Under the pieces are notes generated by a model. That model saw only the letters and a program-made list of their open reading frames with translations, was not told the DNA's origin and made no database searches. A stretch of 64,000 nucleotides of DNA from Candidatus Kapaibacterium sp. (GTDB taxonomy: Bacteria > Bacteroidota > Ignavibacteria > Kapaibacteriales > Kapaibacteriaceae). Each line of letters opens with the position of its first letter. The first letter of the stretch is position 1. This document shows, in pieces, positions 9,788 through 17,155 of this stretch. The position numbers and the translations under genes are program-made. The DNA is taken from NCBI GenBank assembly GCA_018882895.1, contig VERF01000003.1:854-64853 (forward strand), read 5' to 3'.

Positions 9788-11730
9788 TTGTACTGATTGC
9801 ATCAGCGATTTCGGCTCTCTCGCAGGGAATCCGCGATAGCCGTGGACGCAACTTTTGGCTGGCGGTGCCGCCAAATGATAACGCGTCGTCGACACCAACA
9901 GATGATTCCTTTGTCTCGCTTCTGGTGGCAACTGATGATGTTGTGACGGACGTAACCGTCCTGGCACGGCAGAGATCCGGAAAGACTGATACCATCCGTG
10001 CCAAGGTTCCGCCGTCGACATTGTGGGAGATTCGCATTGACGATTACGATCTCTATCAACTCCAGGGAATTGAGCGTCTAGGTGGGGCCAGTATTGATGG
10101 CGAACGGCCTAATCCCGCCAGTATCAATGTCTTGACCAGCAACGATGTTTCGCTCTATGCCGTGTTGCGAGCCCGCAGGTCCAGCGATGCGTGGCTTGTG
10201 TTGCCAACGGATGCCTTGTCAACCGACTACATCGTTGCCTCCTACCCTTCCGAAGTATCGTCGACATTAGGTGCGACAATCACATATCCGAGTCAGTTTG
10301 TCGTGGTGGCAACGCAGGATTCTACCAAGGTCGACATTTCGCTGAGTGTTGATAGATCGGATCGTCAAGTCGGCCGAGATCGCTCAGTGATACTGCAACG
10401 CGGTGAGTCATACCTGCTCCAGGCTCGCATTGAGTCCAATCGTCGGGATGATCTCACAGGGTCGAGTATCGCTTCGTCGAAACCTGTTGTCGTCATCGGT
10501 GGCCACCGACGGGCGCAGGTTCCGATCCTTGCTGGATCGGCCTCTCGAGACTGCCTCGTCGAACAGATGCCGGGACTAGAGACTTGGGGTCGACAGATCG
10601 TTGTGCCACCTCTTGTCAAGGCGAGTGATCACTTTCTGTATTCGGTCGATGATGTCTCGATCTGTCGCATCATCGCATCAAAGGATTCGACGCTCGTCAC
10701 GGTGAACTCTCAGCCGGCCTATCTTCTGAACAAAGGAAAGTTCTGGGACCTTCCATTGGACGTTCCACTTGTCATTGATGCCACGAAGCCAATTCTAGCC
10801 ACCATACTTGACAGATCAGCCAATCGGACGGGTGGTCAACGTCTCGGCGATCCATCGATGATGGTGGCACCGCCAACAGAACAGTACCTTCGTTCATACA
10901 TCATTGGGTGCGTCGGACCCAATAGCGCCGGTGGTCAGATCTATTCTGAACATTTCATATCGGTTGTGATACCAACCGTCGCAGTTCCCTCTCTTGAACT
11001 TGATGGAACAACATCATTCACAGCTACGAGCAACACGATTCTTAGCTCGCCATACTCGGTGGTGTCGACAAAGGTGGCATCAGGTGCTCACCGACTGAAG
11101 GCAGACTCTACCTTCGGCGTCTTTGTGTATGGATACGGTGGTGCTGAGTCTTATGGATACACCGGGGGCATGGCCTTTGAGAGACTCAACGATCCGGTGA
11201 TACGATTGCGTGCATTGCGCACCGCAGGAGATCCTGGTCAACGAGATACTATCGCTATCATCCTGGACAGTATCGACACGAGAAATCTCGAGGGTCTTAC
11301 CGGAGTGCGAAACGTGCGATATCGTGTGACGTTTGATGCCTCATCTTTCGTTCCATTCGAGGACGGCATTATCGATACCGGTGCCACGTCACTCAGACTT
11401 GACCTTTCAGCGAATGTGTCAACGCTCTTTCCGGGTGACACGATCGGACTCATCTCAGGCATTCATACACTGGGTCTGACGGATTCATCACAGATCCTGG
11501 TCGACTCGGCTTCGTGGTTCACAGGAAACGGAGAGGCCATCCGAGTAAATACGCGGTACATCCCCGGGGATCTCGTGACGACTTCAGTTTGCCAGACAGA
11601 GGTTGGCAAGCGGCTCTTTGATCCACGTGTGGCAAAGCCCCCTGTCATCAGAGGATACTACGATATACGTGGTCAATACGTCGGCCCAACTCTCGAAGGT
11701 TTGCCCGTGGGCGTGTACTTTCGGCGATGA
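9700..11730 (+). CDS. secreted IgGFc-binding-protein N-terminal-domain-like protein
   Basis: NFWLAVPPNDN..., DLTGSSIASSKPVVVIGGHRRAQVP and SRDCLVEQMPGLETWG resemble the bacterial IgGFc_binding domain family. The hydrophobic stretch FWIIVVLIASAISALSQG looks like a signal sequence. The only in-frame ATGs are 9700 and 9718, so it overlaps the GT4 gene by 70-88 nt. The C-terminal ...LPVGVYFRR is T9SS-CTD-like. Confidence 0.6.
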   Translation: MGPVVLMGRFGIGHRITLSRGHIRQFWIIVVLIASAISALSQGIRDSRGRNFWLAVPPNDNASSTPTDDSFVSLLVATDDVVTDVTVLARQRSGKTDTIRAKVPPSTLWEIRIDDYDLYQLQGIERLGGASIDGERPNPASINVLTSNDVSLYAVLRARRSSDAWLVLPTDALSTDYIVASYPSEVSSTLGATITYPSQFVVVATQDSTKVDISLSVDRSDRQVGRDRSVILQRGESYLLQARIESNRRDDLTGSSIASSKPVVVIGGHRRAQVPILAGSASRDCLVEQMPGLETWGRQIVVPPLVKASDHFLYSVDDVSICRIIASKDSTLVTVNSQPAYLLNKGKFWDLPLDVPLVIDATKPILATILDRSANRTGGQRLGDPSMMVAPPTEQYLRSYIIGCVGPNSAGGQIYSEHFISVVIPTVAVPSLELDGTTSFTATSNTILSSPYSVVSTKVASGAHRLKADSTFGVFVYGYGGAESYGYTGGMAFERLNDPVIRLRALRTAGDPGQRDTIAIILDSIDTRNLEGLTGVRNVRYRVTFDASSFVPFEDGIIDTGATSLRLDLSANVSTLFPGDTIGLISGIHTLGLTDSSQILVDSASWFTGNGEAIRVNTRYIPGDLVTTSVCQTEVGKRLFDPRVAKPPVIRGYYDIRGQYVGPTLEGLPVGVYFRR

Positions 11731-12302
11731 TCATCGCCTTTAACAAGCCCTACGGCGTGCTTTCTCAGTTCACTCCCGAACCGGGAAGTTCATACAGAAC
11801 GCTATCTGAGTTTGATTTCCCTCAGGATGTGTATCCTGTTGGACGCCTGGATGCTGACAGCGAAGGACTCCTGCTCTTGACTGATGAGAAGGGGCTTGTA
11901 GCACAGCTGTTGGAACCAGAGCAACGTCATGAGCGAACATACTGGGTTCAAGTAGAGGGCGTCCCGCAGGAGGCAGACCTTCATCGACTCAGACAGGGTG
12001 TCACCATTCGGACCTGGAAGACGCTCCCCTGCCGGGTTCAAATCACTGAATCTGCGAATGTGCTACCGGCACGCGTGCCCCCTATTCGTGAGCGAAAGAA
12101 CATCCCGACCTCGTGGCTTGAGATCACTCTCTACGAAGGGAAGAATCGTCAGGTTCGGCGTATGACCGCCCAGGTCGGATTTCCGACTCTACGACTTATC
12201 AGAGTCTCCAACGGTGGTCTGCGCTTGGTCGATCTTCGACTCGACGTTGGCACTTGGAGAGAGCTCACCAGCGGCGAGAGGGCTCTTCTTCTTCAGCGCT
12301 GA
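11727..12302 (+). CDS. rluE: RsuA/RluE-family rRNA pseudouridine synthase
   Basis: MIIAFNKPYGVLSQF...VGRLDADSEGLLLLTDE...YWVQVEG...GKNRQVRRM. Size (191 aa) and lack of an S4 domain fit RluE. Confidence 0.75.
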   Translation: MIIAFNKPYGVLSQFTPEPGSSYRTLSEFDFPQDVYPVGRLDADSEGLLLLTDEKGLVAQLLEPEQRHERTYWVQVEGVPQEADLHRLRQGVTIRTWKTLPCRVQITESANVLPARVPPIRERKNIPTSWLEITLYEGKNRQVRRMTAQVGFPTLRLIRVSNGGLRLVDLRLDVGTWRELTSGERALLLQR

Positions 12303-14573
12303 GACCGCGCGTCCGATCGACAGACCGAAACCGGCAACCATCGCGATGACGCCGAACCACACCAGCGAGATAAGCGGCTTGTCGCTAAACTCAATGGTAA
12401 ACTCCTCACGTGCCCTTGGCATGGGCTTGGAAGTGTCATAGAACGCAAATGTTCCCGTTGATTTCGATGGGTCGTCGTTGTTTCGATTGATCTGCGTCAG
12501 GCCAATCGAGTACGTTGAGCCGGGCAGGTTGACCCATACAGGGTCAAAGGCCGGCCCCGCTGATGTCGTCGAAATCCTCGTCAGCACGCGCAGCTCGGTC
12601 GTCACTCCATTGCGTTCTGCCTGGACGACACCGGCCATCTGCATCCGACCATCGGCTGAGGGGCCTTCTTCCATCGGCATGGTGAACCTGACGAGTGTCA
12701 AGCGCAGTGCGCTGTCGACCGGTGCTGGCACCGTGGTGCCCCGCATAACGGTGGTCGCCTTGAGAACATTCTCACGTCCGGTTGCCTTCGGAGACACATA
12801 GAGATCATTGATGAGGCCCCATCGTATACCCGGCTCGAGAAACGCTGACTGACGCTGATTGAAGTCACTCCAATACAGCACCGGCGCAACAACACGACGC
12901 TGACCATCACGCTCGATGCGCACGTAGTATCGGAACTTCTCGCGATCCTTGAACTCGCGCTCAACCTGTTCCTTGCCGAGATACGTCAGCGTATACGGCC
13001 CCACCGCCTTCGGTTCTCCATGAACAAGCACAGCATGGAAGGTTGATGAATACGATGAGGTGCAGATCACCCCAAACATCAGCAGGGCAATGCCTGTATG
13101 TGAGACGTAGGCTCCGAGCATGGCAGGACCCGACCGCGCAAGCCTCCATGCCTCACGAAGATTGATCGCTAACGAGAACCACGCGGCAAAACCTAAGGCA
13201 AGAGGCCACACATCGCGGATTCCGAAGAGAGCCAGAATGATCGTCCCTACAGCGGCGACCAGTGCCGATGGCAGGATGCCCCGACGCAGCCTATCTACGG
13301 AGGTTGACCTCCAGAGCACGACCAGTGAGATCCCGTTGACGAGGAGAACAGCCGGCACGAGATAACGGTGGATCTGGTTGTAGAACTCCACGGCAACGGC
13401 AACCTTCGGCAGACCGAGCACCTCCATGATGACCGGCCAAGATGTGCCGATGGTAACGAACACCGCACTGGCCATGGTCAGTGAGGCTCCGATCGAGAGC
13501 ATGAATTCGCGCGTCTTGAAGCCAAACTCTTCTCGATTGACATTCATGTCGTGACGGCGGTACATGACCAGTATGGTTCCTAGAACCGTGAACACCAGCA
13601 TGAAGATCAGCAAGATCCAAAAGGCAAACTTGCCCGGGTCGACAAACGAATGAACAGATGTATCACCAAGCACACCGCTGCGCGTAAGGAACGTCGAGTA
13701 CAGCACCATCACAAAACTGATGACCGCCAAGATCATGTTCGTCTTCACAAGGCCACGAGTTCGTTTTTGCACGAGCATCGTGTGTACAAGAGCCACAACA
13801 ACGAGCCACGGAATGAGAGATGAGTTTTCAACCGGGTCCCAGCCCCAGAAACCGCCCCATCCAAGTGTCTCGTAGGCCCAGAAGCCTCCGAGCATGATAC
13901 CAAAGCCAAGCACAGCGGTTGCGAACAACGTCCACGGAAGTGCAATGTCAATCCATCTATGATATTCCCGGCGCAGGAGTCCAGCCATTGCGAAGGCAAA
14001 GCACACGGACATTGAAGCAAACCCCGTGAACAGAATCGGCGGATGGATCGTGATCCATGCATTGTGAAGGAGCGGGTTCAGCCCCCTGCCATTTTCAGGC
14101 ACGTCAAGAGCAGTAATCCCACTGGCGGCGAATGTTTCGTGGTAGTATGCGAACGGGTTCTTTGCCACCATCAGGAGTGTCAGGAAGCTCAGGATCAGAC
14201 CATAGAACACCATGACGCTGGATTCATAACCATGTCTGCGCGCATAGGGCTGCAGCACGCTTCCGATAGCGGCCACGAGCAACGTCCACAGCAGGATGCT
14301 CCCCTCCTGTCCTGAGTAGAAACATGCTACAAGAAGATGCAGTGGCAACTCACGCGAGGAGTAGTTCCAAACGTAGGTGTAGTCAAAACGATGCGTGACA
14401 ATGAGCCATACGAGCGCAACAGCAGAGACTACCAACCCGCCGGTCAGAACCCGAAACAGGATGCGACCGATCTGCTCAAGACCCTTCGATGCTTGCCTGA
14501 GCGAAAGAGCATATACAACCGTCGACGCAACGGCGATACCGAAGAGAAGATGAATGCCAAGTTGTCCGATCAT
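12189..14573 (-). CDS. ccmF: cytochrome c-type biogenesis protein CcmF (System I heme lyase)
   Basis: Polytopic membrane protein with the tryptophan-rich WWD motif WGGFWGWDPVENSSLIPWL. Lies in a ccm gene cluster. Confidence 0.9.
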   Translation of the reverse strand: MIGQLGIHLLFGIAVASTVVYALSLRQASKGLEQIGRILFRVLTGGLVVSAVALVWLIVTHRFDYTYVWNYSSRELPLHLLVACFYSGQEGSILLWTLLVAAIGSVLQPYARRHGYESSVMVFYGLILSFLTLLMVAKNPFAYYHETFAASGITALDVPENGRGLNPLLHNAWITIHPPILFTGFASMSVCFAFAMAGLLRREYHRWIDIALPWTLFATAVLGFGIMLGGFWAYETLGWGGFWGWDPVENSSLIPWLVVVALVHTMLVQKRTRGLVKTNMILAVISFVMVLYSTFLTRSGVLGDTSVHSFVDPGKFAFWILLIFMLVFTVLGTILVMYRRHDMNVNREEFGFKTREFMLSIGASLTMASAVFVTIGTSWPVIMEVLGLPKVAVAVEFYNQIHRYLVPAVLLVNGISLVVLWRSTSVDRLRRGILPSALVAAVGTIILALFGIRDVWPLALGFAAWFSLAINLREAWRLARSGPAMLGAYVSHTGIALLMFGVICTSSYSSTFHAVLVHGEPKAVGPYTLTYLGKEQVEREFKDREKFRYYVRIERDGQRRVVAPVLYWSDFNQRQSAFLEPGIRWGLINDLYVSPKATGRENVLKATTVMRGTTVPAPVDSALRLTLVRFTMPMEEGPSADGRMQMAGVVQAERNGVTTELRVLTRISTTSAGPAFDPVWVNLPGSTYSIGLTQINRNNDDPSKSTGTFAFYDTSKPMPRAREEFTIEFSDKPLISLVWFGVIAMVAGFGLSIGRAVSALKKKSPLAAGELSPSANVESKIDQAQTTVGDSDKS

Positions 14574-14956
14574 TTCGCCAGCGCCTGTGTTGCGTGGAAC
14601 AACGGTGGTTCACCGCCGTGGACATGTCCTACAAATCGAAACATCGCGCCCGCCACAAATGGTTGCGCAGGTTCGTTGCCTGTGTACTCAATGTGGAAGA
14701 CCTCTCCGGATGCGTCTTTTGCCATAAGATCCTTGGTCGATTCGACCTCGACGACCTCGGCTTCGACAAGCACCTTCGAAGCAGGGTCGGACTCGCTGGT
14801 ATGCTGGGTGCGAACGATGGCCTCGGAAAAAGTTACCGAAGGGGGCTGACCATGATACAAAGCCATGTAGATGATGACCGGTATGCAGAGTAGCGCACCA
14901 ATGATGACGATGTTGCGGATCACTGCTCTGCCTGCCCCTCGTACTTGGACGGACAC
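14570..14956 (-). CDS. CcmE-like OB-fold membrane-anchored protein lacking the heme-binding tail
   Basis: One N-terminal TM (IVIIGALLCIPVIIYMALY). The C-terminal half IEYTGNEPAQPFVAGAMFRFVGHVHGGEPPLFHATQALAK* aligns by eye to the CcmE core (V.Y.G..P..F..G....G....G.F.A..VLAK) but stops before the H/CxxxY motif. An alternative GTG start at 14923 forms a GTGA junction with the ccmE stop. Confidence 0.5.
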   Translation of the reverse strand: MSVQVRGAGRAVIRNIVIIGALLCIPVIIYMALYHGQPPSVTFSEAIVRTQHTSESDPASKVLVEAEVVEVESTKDLMAKDASGEVFHIEYTGNEPAQPFVAGAMFRFVGHVHGGEPPLFHATQALAK

Positions 14957-15339
14957 TTTGTCAACACTGATGATGCCTGAAACACGCCACCTTCCATGCG
15001 ACCCTTGGCCACTACGCTGACAGCGATCTCAAAGTTGTTTGGCTTTGCTCCATTGAGAACCACCGGAACAATGCGTCCATCCTGATCACGAAGAGTGAAC
15101 GAGAAGACATTCTTGTACTGATCGTACGAAGACCCCTTCTCCTTCACCCATGTTCCGACAATCTGCACCGTCTTGCCGAGACGCTCGGCTCGGTTGACGT
15201 TGGTGTATTCAACAGAACTGGAAAGCAGTGAAGTAATTCCCAGAGTGGTGAATCCCACGATCATCACACCGGCAATGATGAGCTTCCACGGAAAACGCCG
15301 TGGCGTTGGTGCTTCGTTCATGCGCGGGTTAACGTTCAT
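14920..15339 (-). CDS. ccmE: cytochrome c maturation heme chaperone CcmE, CxxxY variant
   Basis: N-terminal TM anchor plus OB fold. The C-terminus GGVFQASSVLTKCPSKYEGQ aligns to canonical ...FQAEEVLAKHDENY, with Cys replacing the heme-binding His (codons 14941-14955 = C P S K Y). Confidence 0.8.
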   Translation of the reverse strand: MNVNPRMNEAPTPRRFPWKLIIAGVMIVGFTTLGITSLLSSSVEYTNVNRAERLGKTVQIVGTWVKEKGSSYDQYKNVFSFTLRDQDGRIVPVVLNGAKPNNFEIAVSVVAKGRMEGGVFQASSVLTKCPSKYEGQAEQ

Positions 15340-15451
15340 CGCCGCGTTCTAGTTCGCGCAAACGATTATCGATTCGTTGAAGATATCCGGCAATGCCGAA
15401 CCACACCACAAGAACCGTGGCAAGTACGACATACGCCGCATGGTCGGTCAT
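15329..15451 (-). CDS. ccmD: CcmD-like small membrane protein (40 aa), absent from the ORF track
   Basis: Hand translation of the ccmC-ccmE gap gives MTDHAAYVVLATVLVVWFGIAGYLQRIDNRLRELERGDER*: one TM followed by a charged tail. It sits between ccmC and ccmE as in canonical operons, and its 3' end overlaps the ccmE start by 11 nt. Confidence 0.55.
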   Translation of the reverse strand: MTDHAAYVVLATVLVVWFGIAGYLQRIDNRLRELERGDER

Positions 15452-15463
15452 AAACTGAATCAC

Positions 15464-16519
15464 TTAAACCTCCGGACGCTTTGCCGACTGACGCAGCACC
15501 CGAACTAGACGGAGTCGGACGTTAACAAGCCAGGCAAAGACTAACGTGAATGCAAAAAGTGCCAACCCGAACACAGCGGTCTTTGTCGGATTAATGGCAT
15601 CTGATCGTGGGCTCAGAAGTGGACCTAGGTTCGTGTCATCGGCGCTACCCGGATGCAGCCCCGGAAGCAGTCGGGGTAGCACGAAGATCAAAAACGGTAC
15701 GGTCGGAAATGCGACGATCGCATAGACTGCACTCAGGCGTGCCTTGCGCTCCGAGTCGTCAATTGTTGATCGCAGAAGGAAGTACGCAGCATAGATCAAC
15801 AGCAGAAGCATGATCGATGTCTGCCGGGGATCCCAATTCCAGAAGGTGCCCCAGTTGAACTTTGCCCAGACGGCGCCGGTAAGCGTTGCCAGAACGGTAA
15901 ATAGAGTGCCCAGCGCAGCCGTGGCAACTGCAACGTCATCATCATCATTTGAACGATTTCGCAGGTAGCGGATGGACGCCATCATGGCCAGGAAGTAGGC
16001 AATGGTGGCAATCCAAGAAAGCGGAACATGGAAGAACATGATGCGCGCCCGTTCTTCCAGACCTACGATGTATGGCATAGTGATCAGCGGGTCAACGGCA
16101 ACAACGTCCATGACCTCGAAGCTTCGATCACTTCCGAAACGCCTAAGTGCAAGGATGACCGGTCTCTGACGAGGCACGTTCGCCATACCACTGACCAGAG
16201 AAGCAGTCGGCACGAGGCCGATTCGAACCCGATTGTCTCGAGCATCCAAAGCGGTAAACGACTCCGGGCTGGTTGCCGACTCAGCATCACTGATCATGAC
16301 GAGCGCAGGTACGATCTTCGTCGAGTCTGCACGATGCTGCACTACTACATCAGTAATGCTGCCTGCTAGGGGCGGATACAATCCGAAAAAGCATGTGAGT
16401 GCCATTGCTACTATAGCCAGATAGCGCCACCATGCGGGCTTGGGGCGGTCGACTCCCCTGGGGAGGTACATCAGCACCAGACCGCCAATGATTCCGGCGA
16501 GCATGACTACGAGTTTCAT
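15464..16519 (-). CDS. ccmC: heme exporter protein CcmC with ~140-aa N-terminal extension
   Basis: WWD motif WAKFNWGTFWNWDPRQTS and the conserved FFHVPLSWIA segment. Residues 1 to ~140 (two TMs plus a soluble stretch) have no counterpart in ~250-aa CcmC proteins. Confidence 0.85.
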   Translation of the reverse strand: MKLVVMLAGIIGGLVLMYLPRGVDRPKPAWWRYLAIVAMALTCFFGLYPPLAGSITDVVVQHRADSTKIVPALVMISDAESATSPESFTALDARDNRVRIGLVPTASLVSGMANVPRQRPVILALRRFGSDRSFEVMDVVAVDPLITMPYIVGLEERARIMFFHVPLSWIATIAYFLAMMASIRYLRNRSNDDDDVAVATAALGTLFTVLATLTGAVWAKFNWGTFWNWDPRQTSIMLLLLIYAAYFLLRSTIDDSERKARLSAVYAIVAFPTVPFLIFVLPRLLPGLHPGSADDTNLGPLLSPRSDAINPTKTAVFGLALFAFTLVFAWLVNVRLRLVRVLRQSAKRPEV

Positions 16520-16561
16520 CGGGCAAAGTTACGACGGCGGCACGAGCACCTGGCAACCCGT

Positions 16562-16951
16562 TCACTGCTCAAGCAACATCACTCCATCGGCACGAATCTC
16601 GGGGATCCGATTTCGTCCAATTACGGTATCTCGAATGACCCCATGAACACGCGCCGGACCTCGTGCGATGATCGGAATACCGAGACCGTTCTCGGCCACA
16701 TAACGAACGGTGATCTCATTGGAGCTATCCGAGATCGTAAACCAGCATCCCTCGTCTCGGCAGACCTCACGTATGGTTCCCTGCACAGTTAGACTGCGGC
16801 CGGTGTTGCGCGGATCCAATGCGACCTTCACGCTGACCGGTGTCCCAACAACTGGCTGCCCGAACTCGGTCGTCGACGTGCATCCGCTTCCGACCAGCAG
16901 GCACACCGCCAATACGAGAGTCAGATGATGATTCCGTGTTCTGGGCTGCAT
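16562..16951 (-). CDS. DUF4920-like lipoprotein
   Basis: The ATG at 16951 gives MQPRTRNHHLTLVLAVCLLVGSGC (a lipobox). The CRDEGCWF motif resembles the conserved C...GCW of DUF4920. The longer ORF-track start (17002) runs into the tRNA terminator hairpin. Confidence 0.5.
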   Translation of the reverse strand: MQPRTRNHHLTLVLAVCLLVGSGCTSTTEFGQPVVGTPVSVKVALDPRNTGRSLTVQGTIREVCRDEGCWFTISDSSNEITVRYVAENGLGIPIIARGPARVHGVIRDTVIGRNRIPEIRADGVMLLEQ

Positions 16952-16973
16952 CTCTGCGAGGCTATGATGTGGT

Positions 16974-17009
16974 AGAAAAAAGCCCCTTAGAGATGATCTC
17001 AAGGGGCTT
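16974..17009 (-). terminator. rho-independent terminator downstream of tRNA-Thr
   Basis: On the minus strand: AAGCCCCTT-GAGATCATCTCT-AAGGGGCTT followed by TTTTTTC. Confidence 0.7.
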
Positions 17010-17085
17010 TGGAGCCAATGACCGGACTTGAACCGGTGACCTGCTCATTACGAATGAGCTGCTCTACCAGCTGAGCTACATTGGC
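17010..17085 (-). tRNA. tRNA-Thr (anticodon CGT), CCA encoded
   Basis: Hand-folded cloverleaf: GCCAATG/TA/GCTC-AGCTGGTA-GAGC/A/GCTCA-TTCGTAA-TGAGC/AGGTC/ACCGG-TTCAAGT-CCGGT/CATTGGC/T/CCA. 76 nt. Confidence 0.9.
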
Positions 17086-17096
17086 GCTGAGGACTG

Positions 17097-17104
17097 CGAA
17101 AATA
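17097..17104 (-). promoter_or_regulatory. possible -7 box (TATTTTCG) upstream of tRNA-Thr
   Basis: One mismatch to the Bacteroidota-type TAnnTTTG consensus, 11 nt upstream of the mature tRNA 5' end. Confidence 0.3.
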
Positions 17105-17155
17105 CACGGCTTGACGAAGATGACCAAACCCAGCCGATCGCGAATGTGACTCCGA

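Noticed and set aside
16952-17002. N-terminal extension of the DUF4920-like ORF
   Set aside because: The extension runs through the tRNA-Thr terminator hairpin. The ATG at 16951 yields a clean lipoprotein signal.
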